DNA of 64,000 bases from a virus, in IMG/VR virus record IMGVR_UViG_3300035199_000659, positions 1 through 64,000 of that record. The stretch is one strand, 5' to 3'. The position numbers and the translations under genes are program-made. This document shows positions 9,152-18,577 of the stretch, piece after piece (positions within the stretch are counted from its first letter, which is position 1; every line of letters begins with the position of its first letter). The notes beneath the pieces are model-generated. The model was given only the letters and a program-made list of their open reading frames with translations. It was not told the DNA's origin and did not search any database.

Positions 9152-10144
9152 TTATGCGCGCCTAATGATTCGAATAGGAATTTGTAGGGTACCCGGCGTA
9201 GAGTAGCCCTGCACATATATAGTGGTATCGATGAAGCGCGTGAGCGTGCCCCCGACTTGGTGGTTAAGCGTCCCATAACGCGCATATTCGGCGTCTAGGC
9301 CGGGCTTGATGACAGGCGAAATAGCAAAGGCATTTGCTCGGGGCCCCGAAATGACCGACCAAGTTTGCTCAGTGTTCGGGTTAGATGAGCGAACGGTGCC
9401 GTTCGGGATTGCGGCGACTGATGTGGCGCTATAATTATCCATGCCTGTATCTAAGTTTGTGGTCATCGAAGATGCTGCCAAGTTGAACTTCATCTCTACA
9501 TCACTACCATTGGACTGGAAGGCGCACTGGTTGGGATCGAAGCCCATCACGCTGTCAATAAAGCGATTATCGTAAAGAACGGCTATTCCACTGTCGGTCA
9601 ATCCGTTGGCAGTAAGATACGTTGTTCGGTTGGCGGCGGATCCGACTGGGACGGCATCCCATCCGGTCGATAAGCCCGATTCCATTAGCACCATCTTTGT
9701 GGCCGAGATGGTACCCTGCATGTACTGAATTCCGGCCGAGGTTAATACCCCTCCAATTGTCGACGTCGTGGTATCATTAGAGTCATCTGTCACGTAATAC
9801 ACGCCGTTTGTTCCCGCAATCGCGCCGTTGTCCTGCTGGGCTGCCAGTTCATTAACATGAAAAGTTGGCATGTACAGCAAATCTGTTGCCGTTGTCGGCA
9901 ACAGGCCGTAATTAATTCCAGCATGCGTTTGTGTTGTTGCTTCAAAAATAGGGGTCTGTAGAATCTCTAGGTCGTAATAAGCGGAGCCGGACGGGTGATT
10001 TTTGTTATAGAGACTGTAGTCAATCTCGTCATCGCCAAGTGCAAATTTTTGAATCCTAAATGAACCATTGGCCATTTTACGTCGGCCGACGTCGGTTAGT
10101 ACAGCGTCTAAAATGATGTCGCCGGAGTTATCTAAAAATGCCAT
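9152..10144 (-). CDS. Virion structural protein (tail collar N-terminal-like)
   Basis: N-terminus ILDAVLTDVGRRKMANGSFRIQKFALGDDEIDY resembles the start of tail-collar domains. Confidence 0.65.
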   Translation of the reverse strand: MAFLDNSGDIILDAVLTDVGRRKMANGSFRIQKFALGDDEIDYSLYNKNHPSGSAYYDLEILQTPIFEATTQTHAGINYGLLPTTATDLLYMPTFHVNELAAQQDNGAIAGTNGVYYVTDDSNDTTTSTIGGVLTSAGIQYMQGTISATKMVLMESGLSTGWDAVPVGSAANRTTYLTANGLTDSGIAVLYDNRFIDSVMGFDPNQCAFQSNGSDVEMKFNLAASSMTTNLDTGMDNYSATSVAAIPNGTVRSSNPNTEQTWSVISGPRANAFAISPVIKPGLDAEYARYGTLNHQVGGTLTRFIDTTIYVQGYSTPGTLQIPIRIIRRA

Positions 10145-10161
10145 TTATTTTCCTCTCTTTG

Positions 10162-10171
10162 TATAAATAGT
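10162..10171 (-). promoter_or_regulatory. Putative late promoter (ACTATTTATA)
   Basis: Intergenic, just upstream of the GAGG SD and the ATG at 10144; recurrent motif. Confidence 0.6.
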
Positions 10172-10182
10172 TGTGCTTTTGC

Positions 10183-12876
10183 TTATTCGCTTCTCAAATT
10201 ATAAGTAATATTAAAATCGATTTTTTTGCCAGTCTTTTTGGAAGTCAAGCGAATCTTAAAGGTTTTATCCCAGATTAAATCGGATGCGCCGCCGATACTA
10301 ATGTTGCTCATTTCAGAAGCTGCGCTATTTGAAAAGTCAGCATCTTCTGTGTTTATTTGGATTTGACTTAAGTTCGGTTGTAATTGTATCAGGTTCTTAA
10401 AACGTTTTGTAGGGTTGGTGTAAACTTTCTCTTCAAGCTCGGACTCCATGATTGTGTTAAAAATGGCATAAGAATAGCCGCCATCGTTTACCATACGAGC
10501 CTCATAAACTGGTGATAAATGTGATTGTGTGTCGTGCTCGTTAAGACTCTTAAATAAGTAGTAGTACTTTTTGTTAGGTACAACTTTATCATAATATGTC
10601 GTTGCGTTATAGGTGGCATATTTTTCTTGTGAAATGCGCATATCAATAGTATCGTGGAGGGCATACTGCATATCTGATATCTTTTTCGGACGCGTCGTAC
10701 TGCGATATACTAATACCTGCACGGGGTTTGTGACCGAACCATTCGGCAAGGTCATCGAATCCGTCAGATCATTGGCGTTCAAATATTCTTCTTTGTATGA
10801 CGCGTCGGCGTCAGTGACTGGTGTTGGGTATGCTCTCGATGCATAGGTACCGCCAAGGATAGTGAACCCAAACTTATTCTGTGTGCCGACGGTGCCGAAA
10901 GGAGATATCATTGCCTCGCTAACGGGGTTGTCCAGAATCTGAAGTTGTTTCTTGTAAATTGGAATCTCAATGATCTTCACTTGGGGCTCATAATTCAAGT
11001 TAAAATCGGCAACGAAAGGATAGCTGGAGAATACAGTTGCATCCGTCAGAAACGTTCCGGACAACTGAGAAAACCCATCAGTATAGGTGCTAGTGTCGTC
11101 CAATAAAAGTCGATTTGCCCGTTCATCTGTTTTGGGGTTATAAAACTCCAAGCCAATTTTATCTCCAGCGTCATTCTCGCAGCCGATCTGCTTCGACAGC
11201 AACAAGTCTGAAAAATTGTAGCGAATACCGACTGTCAAAACATATGCATATACTTTATAAGTGTAGGTTTCCCCATACTTAACTTGCGAATCCGCGAAAT
11301 TAAACGGCATAGGATCCCGGGGTGGTAAAGAGGTGTCTGGTGATGGGCGACTGTTAATAAACCAGAAATTCTGCAATGCAGATTGTGTGTTAGAATCGCC
11401 CATTGCCGGGCCACCAATTTTCTCGATCCTATATGCTACAGTTTCCGTGTGCCTTGTAGTATTAGAATATAGATCTGCCCACTGGGTCACCGCTGTCTTA
11501 TCCACATTGGTGTGGATATATGACATAAGGGAGTTCAACGTTGAAAGAACCGGCTGTGTTTTGACATATCTGTATGCTTTTGAATCCGTCTCGGCCGCTT
11601 CACGTTGGATGTTGGAAGGGCCGACAAATAGATAATCCTCATCAGTGTCAGTGTATGTATTGTGAGAATTAAGAAGCATTTGTAAGTAATCGATCTCTCG
11701 ATAATGAGCTGTTTCAAGTTTCTCCACGTGGTGTACGGCATCTCCCGATATGGAAGCGGAGTAATAACTCGAAGCTTTATTGTAGTCTTTGCCGGCAGGC
11801 AGGAGGTTCTCTGACTTATTAGAAAAAATCTGGTATATTGATTTAATGAACTCAGAGTCGTAGCCGTTCTCAACTATTGCTTCAGTAAATGTATCCGGCA
11901 AATCGGTCGTAAAATCGATTTTAATATTATATGGCAGCTTATGATGGAGGGGCGGGAAATAATCTTCGGTGGCGCGGATTCTTTCTACGGCGGATGCATC
12001 AAAAAGCATATTTTTCATTTTAGTGGTGGCCCAGCGTGAAGCACTAGCAGACAGTGAATGCTGTACATACGAAGATGATAGATACTCAATAGCCAGATTG
12101 TTATTTTTAACAGCAAGATGACTCAGCTCTGGCAACGACCAATCTGGCACTGTGGAAAGTTTATCTGGATTGTTGTTAAAAAACTGATTTAAATAAAAGG
12201 ATATGTTATCGTTTCTTGTGAGATAATCCCTCATGTCGATGGGATATAATTCTGTAAGTTGTCCTAGGCCGGATGCCCCGCCAGCGAATCCGGTGGGGGT
12301 CTGCTCGGCCTCGTCCCATCGCGCCAAGTCAGCCATTAAATAGAAGTTGGGTAACAGCAATTCTGATATGTCCATCTGATTTTTTTGATAATCTTCATAT
12401 TCTTTCAAATAATTTCTATAATCATAGGATATTTGAATAGCACTGGGATCATAAGCAGTTGTCAGCAGTGTTGCCGATAATTGAGAGTATGGCTTTTCAT
12501 AATAAAAATTTATAAATTCGAATTGTTCTTCTGTGTAGATTGGGGCATAGGAACTTTGACCATAGGCGCCTCCGAGCCACAGGGCTTTCCATTCTTCGTC
12601 TGTCTTTATTGGGCCAGATTCAGAACTAGCCACTCGCACAGGCACCTTGTGGTTGGGCATGATGGCGTTTTTATCGATAATTTCTTGGTTATCAGACATA
12701 AAAATTCTATTGAAATATGGAGAATCAGGCATTATCTCTGTGGTTGTTTGAAATGACACCGCTGTGCCATCATCTCCGTCTACCTCATACCAATAGCCGC
12801 CGTTGGCGGTCCGAAAAACATCAGAAGAGCCAGAAAATAATTTTGAATCTATTATCTTACATTCTATACCGGGCAT
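10183..12876 (-). CDS. Hypothetical structural protein (897 aa)
   Basis: Long ORF in the tail module with FN3-like signatures (FADSQVKYGETYTYKVYA, YYDKVVPNKKYYYLFKS). Confidence 0.6.
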   Translation of the reverse strand: MPGIECKIIDSKLFSGSSDVFRTANGGYWYEVDGDDGTAVSFQTTTEIMPDSPYFNRIFMSDNQEIIDKNAIMPNHKVPVRVASSESGPIKTDEEWKALWLGGAYGQSSYAPIYTEEQFEFINFYYEKPYSQLSATLLTTAYDPSAIQISYDYRNYLKEYEDYQKNQMDISELLLPNFYLMADLARWDEAEQTPTGFAGGASGLGQLTELYPIDMRDYLTRNDNISFYLNQFFNNNPDKLSTVPDWSLPELSHLAVKNNNLAIEYLSSSYVQHSLSASASRWATTKMKNMLFDASAVERIRATEDYFPPLHHKLPYNIKIDFTTDLPDTFTEAIVENGYDSEFIKSIYQIFSNKSENLLPAGKDYNKASSYYSASISGDAVHHVEKLETAHYREIDYLQMLLNSHNTYTDTDEDYLFVGPSNIQREAAETDSKAYRYVKTQPVLSTLNSLMSYIHTNVDKTAVTQWADLYSNTTRHTETVAYRIEKIGGPAMGDSNTQSALQNFWFINSRPSPDTSLPPRDPMPFNFADSQVKYGETYTYKVYAYVLTVGIRYNFSDLLLSKQIGCENDAGDKIGLEFYNPKTDERANRLLLDDTSTYTDGFSQLSGTFLTDATVFSSYPFVADFNLNYEPQVKIIEIPIYKKQLQILDNPVSEAMISPFGTVGTQNKFGFTILGGTYASRAYPTPVTDADASYKEEYLNANDLTDSMTLPNGSVTNPVQVLVYRSTTRPKKISDMQYALHDTIDMRISQEKYATYNATTYYDKVVPNKKYYYLFKSLNEHDTQSHLSPVYEARMVNDGGYSYAIFNTIMESELEEKVYTNPTKRFKNLIQLQPNLSQIQINTEDADFSNSAASEMSNISIGGASDLIWDKTFKIRLTSKKTGKKIDFNITYNLRSE

Positions 12877-12881
12877 TTATA

Positions 12882-13616
12882 CTAATATTCTCCTGTCGTT
12901 AATGTGGTGGTAATCGCCGATGTGGCGACCGTGGCGCCAGTTTGTTCAAATTTGTCGAGTTCAAATGTGGATGTCTCTTTGAGGGACGGGGTGCGTTTCG
13001 AAGATTGTTTATATGTGGCGCTTGTTTCTCGGAGATCTCCCGTGACTTTGGTAATCTCTGCAACATGTGCATCTATCAGGTTGAGATATCCTGCTTTGAA
13101 GGATGTCCCAGAGGAAGAGGATCTGTCGAACATTTTGATCAAAAGCTTCTCCGAATCGGAGTCTTGGAGCGCTCCGGAGCCGACTTTGTAATCTCTTTTA
13201 TTATCATTGATAATGACCATTTGACCAAACCAAGCGCGAGGAACCGAGCCAATCTCATATGCCACCGAGAAGCCGGCTGTGGCGGTGGTGGACGATGGCG
13301 ATCCGGGCGATTCTGTACGTATTCTAAACGGAGTAACTCCTTCACCAGACTCATCGATGTCCGTGAATGCGTCAGTGATCTCGGAGTAACTTGTGAGGCC
13401 GGAGCTGCCCTCGCGGGTAAGCATTTCATTGTACTCGTCGGGTCGGAGTCGAGGGCCGGACTCGATGGCACCTTCATACATGTCGTATAGATCATCATCC
13501 GCTGCGAAGACGGCTATATTCTCCCAGTGGAATTTTATCGAGTCTATTAGATCGTGTTCGTCACTAGACACGAGCAAGGGGATACAAATATCCCAATATT
13601 CATGTTCCGTTGTCAT
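12882..13616 (-). CDS. Hypothetical protein (244 aa)
   Basis: AGGAG SD, co-oriented and tightly packed in the tail module. Confidence 0.7.
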   Translation of the reverse strand: MTTEHEYWDICIPLLVSSDEHDLIDSIKFHWENIAVFAADDDLYDMYEGAIESGPRLRPDEYNEMLTREGSSGLTSYSEITDAFTDIDESGEGVTPFRIRTESPGSPSSTTATAGFSVAYEIGSVPRAWFGQMVIINDNKRDYKVGSGALQDSDSEKLLIKMFDRSSSSGTSFKAGYLNLIDAHVAEITKVTGDLRETSATYKQSSKRTPSLKETSTFELDKFEQTGATVATSAITTTLTTGEY

Positions 13617-13628
13617 CGTGTTCTCCTA

Positions 13629-14366
13629 TTACCTTCGCCCTTTTCGGGACTTGCTCACACCTGCACCAACACTGCGACGTCGGGATGGCGACGGTCGTGT
13701 TGGGCGCCTTTCAACGGGCTCGGGAGCTTCCATAACAGATGTTTTGTCCCGGCGCTTATAAGTAGACTCCTTCGGGGATGTCTCAGGGCTTTTAAAATAT
13801 TTTGTAGTGCTGTTATAAGAAGGATCAAGATTGATGAGGCATAAGTCGGATACCAACTTGCTGCACCTCTTCCCCGTCGCTAACCTTGCGGTTGCGGTGG
13901 CTGCTACAGCAGATGCTCGAAGAATTGTGGTGTCTGGTTGTCGGATAGGATCGTCCGAATCTGGAAAGCTCTTGTCAATGCTTTTGAGGATATCGGTGGA
14001 TCCCGGGGCAAAGACAATCGGTCTATCAAGTATGTTTGGGTTTGCTATCAACTCGGGTTGTGTTATTTCTGAAAGAAGCTCATAATTAGCATCCTTTGCC
14101 GGTGCAGTCGATATCCCAATCGCAGACATTGTGCTCAATGAGGATGCCTCTACGCCAAGAACGGCTGGGAAGGCCGTGACCCCTCGCGAGGATAGTTGTT
14201 GGAGGCCCCTAAGTGTACGAATCTGTCGCATACTCGTTTTTTTATCCAAAACTTGGCCGTTAATCCGAACTTTTGTAGTGCCGACTGCACGAAGTGATGA
14301 CGTGTCAGTCTTACCTCCGGCCGGTGAACGAATTCCCAACGATTTTGTATTTACTGATAATCCCAT
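13629..14366 (-). CDS. Hypothetical protein with Arg/Ser-rich basic C-terminus (245 aa)
   Basis: AAGGA SD and an upstream TAATTA motif. Confidence 0.65.
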   Translation of the reverse strand: MGLSVNTKSLGIRSPAGGKTDTSSLRAVGTTKVRINGQVLDKKTSMRQIRTLRGLQQLSSRGVTAFPAVLGVEASSLSTMSAIGISTAPAKDANYELLSEITQPELIANPNILDRPIVFAPGSTDILKSIDKSFPDSDDPIRQPDTTILRASAVAATATARLATGKRCSKLVSDLCLINLDPSYNSTTKYFKSPETSPKESTYKRRDKTSVMEAPEPVERRPTRPSPSRRRSVGAGVSKSRKGRR

Positions 14367-14382
14367 CTTTTTATCCTTGTTT

Positions 14383-14392
14383 AGTAATTAGT
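14383..14392 (-). promoter_or_regulatory. Putative late promoter (ACTAATTACT)
   Basis: Intergenic, 17 nt upstream of the ATG at 14366. Confidence 0.55.
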
Positions 14393-14404
14393 GTTATAAT
14401 TGGA

Positions 14405-17400
14405 TTAGACCTTCTTCCACAGCGGTATGCCGTCGGCATCCGTCATTTCAGGGCTATCCCAACTGCCGGGGGCCCAATCAAAGGGTTTGTCGTATTCAAT
14501 CGCTTTGGCCGAAGTAGAGCCGGGGGCTGCCTCGGTGCCGGGTGTCTCGGTCGACGGATCCGGCTCGAGGTATTCAGACCACTCCTCGCGGCCCTCGAGG
14601 GTGGCGACACCCGTTTCCATCGTTTCGTACGACTCTGGCATGTCATAACTGGTTCTGAATATTTTAGTGTTTGCGACCTCGGCAAAACCAAGGGTGCCGG
14701 AACCGAATTCAGTACCTTCGACTGCGTCGGACCCAGCAACAGTCGCGGACATGTCGACGAGGGCGCTCCAGACAACACCTCCATGCTCATATATGGCTTC
14801 GGACAACGCTGTCATGTCACTATGGAACATCTCTACACCGTTGAGTGTTCCGCTAGCGGGATTTATTCTCTGGCTAATGTTAATTGCCGCTTCTTTAATT
14901 TTTTCCATATCGCCTTGAAAAGTATTATAATAAAGATCGCGATGTAGGCAATATATAAAGGGTAGACGGTACCATGGGGTTTTCTCTATATCCTCGTCAT
15001 AATAAGTCACAATATTTTCTTTAAAGAAGTCATTGAAAGATTGTGTATCTGAATTATAAGAGCACTGCTCTATACAGAGATTATAATATTCTGTTAACTC
15101 GGATAGTGCTTCTTTATATAGGGCCATTAATTGTACTGGTATCTCTGAGGTCTTGTCTGTTATGGCAACTCTAAAATCATAAGTATCAGCGTACGAATTA
15201 ACCTGATAGTCTAGTAAATCGAAGCACATGAGGCGATAATTGTCGATAGTTGGGGACAGGTCGGCCCCCAAATTGGTAAAAGGGCGCAGGGTCGTGCTTG
15301 TGAGATATCCATCAGCCATTGTCCCACCAAAGTACTCCCAATAATCGTCGGTGGTGGTTGAGGTCTCGCCGGCTACCATAACCGTCCACGTGGATCCGTA
15401 TATAGTGTCGTAGTGCATCCTGTTGAAGTCGGTCGTTACAAACCACGCACCCTCCCAATAATCGTGGGGCCAGCCGGGGGGTACGGTCGTTGCGCCATCA
15501 CCATCGACTTGCGCAAGCGCTTCGGTGAATGAGTGGCCAGCGATGGCATTTGCGCGCTCGTACTCCGACTCGATGTTGGTCCTGAAGCCGCGTATCTCCT
15601 CGTGCGCTGCTTCGAGTGCGACGTCTGTGCCGTAGACGGCTGAGCCCGGGCCGTCACCCGGGTCAGGAACCGTGTGGTATTCTATTTTGCTGACTGCGAG
15701 ACCATAGGTTGTAGTTCCTTCGATAAGCTCGGTCTGCAGAGCTGATTCCTCTGGGTAGTAGGGGGTGCCCATGAGAGCATTCACATAATCATCATCTTCA
15801 TCATACTTGACTGTTCTTCTTACTTTTTTTCTTAAACCAAGGTCGGAGACTCTTACCCACTTAGTGCTCGGGTATTGTTCGACGCCAAGAGTTGTGCCGG
15901 CATGGGTGTTGCCCGGAGGTCCTGAGCCGGCCATATACGATATAATGCGGACGTCCTCTTCTAAGCTGCCGCCACTCGACGCCTGTTGGCGGATAAACCT
16001 AACATTTGTAACATAAAATTGTGAATATAAAATGGGCATGCCCCATGACTCAAGCTTTTGTACGTTTAGAACTCTGGATGCATCACATGTATATGTAAGG
16101 GCTTTCTCATAATCAAAAAATGCCATTCCATAGACAACATCTTTTCGATTGAGTTCGGTCGCATCGTAGTAGATGTTCATTTTGGTGGCCAGAAAATTCG
16201 CGTTGTAGATGTAGTGGCCAATATTGCTCTCCCAATCCGATTTGTATAATGGGGCATAAACTTCTTCAGTTCCCCATGGGCGCTCATCGATAACTTTCGC
16301 ACTGTACCTAATGCGCGGATAGAGACGCTCAGCTTGTTTTATTGTTTTATTGATCGCAAAAATGTTCTTTCTAAAGTCTTTGTATAATTTTCCTACAGGC
16401 TTTGCTGGCAATTTGTGGGGCCAAGCTCTTTGGAATGTGGCGAGGCGCGGGAGTAAATAAGGATCGTTGGCCTGAGTGGCAATAATGGTGGAAATGCCAT
16501 TATACATGTTTTTTAGGTTATCATATCCCCTGTCCTTGTCATAATATACCCGATAACGATCAAGAACCTTTTGAATTTTATCAACAATTTGAGCATGTGT
16601 GATCCTGTTTACTTTGTATATTGCGGAGTCTATTGCCACCAAGGGTATCTGCGGATAAGGCGAACTGTCAGAATCAAAATATTCGACGTTGGCCTTATCT
16701 GCTATGACGCCATCCTCAATAACTTTTTCATATGCAATTGCGCTTGTTTCTAAGCTCAATAGAGGTCTTGTCGCGACAGTTCCTGCGGTAGTCGAGCCGA
16801 TGGCAGTGTCGTTAAAGTCCTCTATGATCCCGGAGGCGTTGATCAAGTCGATGCTGTACCCGCCAAGATCTGTACTGTCATCGGTCGCCCAAGCTTGTGG
16901 GGGTCTGTATCTCTCTCCATATATTTCCAAAGAATCAACTGATGCTCTATAGTCAATTGTGCTGCTGAATGCATACACATTCATGTTAGATATGGCAGCC
17001 CATTCATCGAAGCCCTCTTTGCCACCGTTAAAAATCCATGGTCCGAGATCATACGGCTTGTGCATGTCGATCTCTTTTACGACGGTATACTTCCATATTT
17101 CGTCGCCGTCTTCAGAATAAACTTGGGTGGGAGCGACACCTGTGAAGTCAACTTCAAACAAAAGCATGGGGGCATTTGATTCTTTCCCGTTGGTGCGCCA
17201 GCCTGCCGCGGCCCGCACTGCGGAGCGTTCAAAAAACCCTGCAGCCACCATCAACGGGTTTGCGTCTGGGTTTCCTTTCACCACTTCTTCGTGAAAGGCC
17301 TCCCAAAGTGGTTTGTCTGCGGCGGGGAATGTAGAGAGTGCTATATAATATTTCAGTGCCGATATATATGGCCGGAATGCGCGGTCTTGAGACGATAAGG

Positions 17401-17569
17401 TGGCGCCATATGCAAAATATTTTGCCTCATTGTGGGGCACGTGAATAGACAAATGAATATCCATTTGTGCGGCCGCGTCAATGCCTTTCATAACAATGCG
17501 ATCGATGTATGGCGTTGGGAGATGCTCTCCCAGCAATTGTGTTGTGTCGCCTTTTATAGTTACTGACAT
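14405..17569 (-). CDS. Hypothetical acidic structural protein (1054 aa)
   Basis: Long ORF whose start overlaps the upstream stop, within the tail module. Confidence 0.65.
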   Translation of the reverse strand: MSVTIKGDTTQLLGEHLPTPYIDRIVMKGIDAAAQMDIHLSIHVPHNEAKYFAYGATLSSQDRAFRPYISALKYYIALSTFPAADKPLWEAFHEEVVKGNPDANPLMVAAGFFERSAVRAAAGWRTNGKESNAPMLLFEVDFTGVAPTQVYSEDGDEIWKYTVVKEIDMHKPYDLGPWIFNGGKEGFDEWAAISNMNVYAFSSTIDYRASVDSLEIYGERYRPPQAWATDDSTDLGGYSIDLINASGIIEDFNDTAIGSTTAGTVATRPLLSLETSAIAYEKVIEDGVIADKANVEYFDSDSSPYPQIPLVAIDSAIYKVNRITHAQIVDKIQKVLDRYRVYYDKDRGYDNLKNMYNGISTIIATQANDPYLLPRLATFQRAWPHKLPAKPVGKLYKDFRKNIFAINKTIKQAERLYPRIRYSAKVIDERPWGTEEVYAPLYKSDWESNIGHYIYNANFLATKMNIYYDATELNRKDVVYGMAFFDYEKALTYTCDASRVLNVQKLESWGMPILYSQFYVTNVRFIRQQASSGGSLEEDVRIISYMAGSGPPGNTHAGTTLGVEQYPSTKWVRVSDLGLRKKVRRTVKYDEDDDYVNALMGTPYYPEESALQTELIEGTTTYGLAVSKIEYHTVPDPGDGPGSAVYGTDVALEAAHEEIRGFRTNIESEYERANAIAGHSFTEALAQVDGDGATTVPPGWPHDYWEGAWFVTTDFNRMHYDTIYGSTWTVMVAGETSTTTDDYWEYFGGTMADGYLTSTTLRPFTNLGADLSPTIDNYRLMCFDLLDYQVNSYADTYDFRVAITDKTSEIPVQLMALYKEALSELTEYYNLCIEQCSYNSDTQSFNDFFKENIVTYYDEDIEKTPWYRLPFIYCLHRDLYYNTFQGDMEKIKEAAINISQRINPASGTLNGVEMFHSDMTALSEAIYEHGGVVWSALVDMSATVAGSDAVEGTEFGSGTLGFAEVANTKIFRTSYDMPESYETMETGVATLEGREEWSEYLEPDPSTETPGTEAAPGSTSAKAIEYDKPFDWAPGSWDSPEMTDADGIPLWKKV

Positions 17570-18561
17570 ATTTCTGGTTCCGTTGCTGCGCCATAAATAT
17601 CAAAAAATTCTTCTGAAATAGGCTCTTGGTTACAGTCGAATCCTAAATCGATATAGTATGACTGTTTGTCAAACTGTTCTTTGCCGCGGCAAGCAAGATT
17701 TCTTTGTATTTGTGTGTCTGTCAAAACATCGAAATAATATTCAATACTGCCAGTTGTAAGCTCTGCTGTGGCTCGGGTTTTTGGGACATCCGACATGAGA
17801 TATCCATTTTGAATTTGTGGTATGTCTTTGCGAAAAAACTTCCTTTTCAAAATATCCGTGGTGCCGGCGACTGAAGATGTAAGGATTTCGAACACCTCTA
17901 TATCATAATTATGGACTAAAGATTGGGTATTTAGCTCTTCAATATATAAGACTGGATCATTACTATGTAGCGAAACAACCTTATTATCTATAAAAGCAAG
18001 AGTTTTGCTATCCATTTCTCTAAGGTCGAGAGGATCATAGTCGTAGTTATTGTCGATAACTCGCTTAGTGTAGTTGGCCTCTATGTTAATTTGTGGTATG
18101 TTTTCATTCGTTATGTTGTCTTTTGTTGCAGAAGAGCTGATTCTTGACTGCAGTGTTAATATGCGCCAAGCGGCGGACCGGTTTGCCTCTCCACTCAAAT
18201 AAGCATCCCCAATGGGCATATCATATTTGAACGTGTCTTTCGCAGGTTCAGACTTGCGAGAGAGGATTTGGGTTTGATTATACCAATCGGGTCCGGTACC
18301 GTCATTCTGATTTAGAGTTTTTTCGGTATCTCTGAATAATACCAAACTCTCGATATATGCTGTGTTTTCAGTGATCCTTCGGTCTACATCATTTTGATTT
18401 TCAGCAGCACTGGAACAAGCATATCTTCGATCATATACTACGTTGTCATCGTAAAAGGCGTAATACTTCGGCTTAAACGACCCTATGGACATAAGATAGT
18501 GCCCATATGAAGTTAACTTGAAGTCTATAACTTGTTCTTTTTTGTTTATAAATTTTGCCAT
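17560..18561 (-). CDS. Virion structural protein (N-terminus paralogous to 9152..10144)
   Basis: VIDFKLTSYGHYLMSIGSFKPKYYAFYDDNVVYD aligns by eye with ILDAVLTDVGRRKMANGSFRIQKFALGDDEIDYS. Confidence 0.65.
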   Translation of the reverse strand: MAKFINKKEQVIDFKLTSYGHYLMSIGSFKPKYYAFYDDNVVYDRRYACSSAAENQNDVDRRITENTAYIESLVLFRDTEKTLNQNDGTGPDWYNQTQILSRKSEPAKDTFKYDMPIGDAYLSGEANRSAAWRILTLQSRISSSATKDNITNENIPQINIEANYTKRVIDNNYDYDPLDLREMDSKTLAFIDNKVVSLHSNDPVLYIEELNTQSLVHNYDIEVFEILTSSVAGTTDILKRKFFRKDIPQIQNGYLMSDVPKTRATAELTTGSIEYYFDVLTDTQIQRNLACRGKEQFDKQSYYIDLGFDCNQEPISEEFFDIYGAATEPEICQ

Positions 18562-18564
18562 ATC

Positions 18565-18574
18565 TTTAATTAGT
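18565..18574 (-). promoter_or_regulatory. Putative late promoter (ACTAATTAAA), possibly giving a leaderless mRNA
   Basis: Intergenic, ends 4 nt before the ATG at 18561; no SD. Confidence 0.5.
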
Positions 18575-18577
18575 GTT

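Noticed and set aside
10162-10169. T4-type TATAAATA promoter on the plus strand (also 32866-32873)
   Set aside because: No plus-strand gene lies downstream; its position relative to SD and ATG fits the minus-strand TAWTTA reading.
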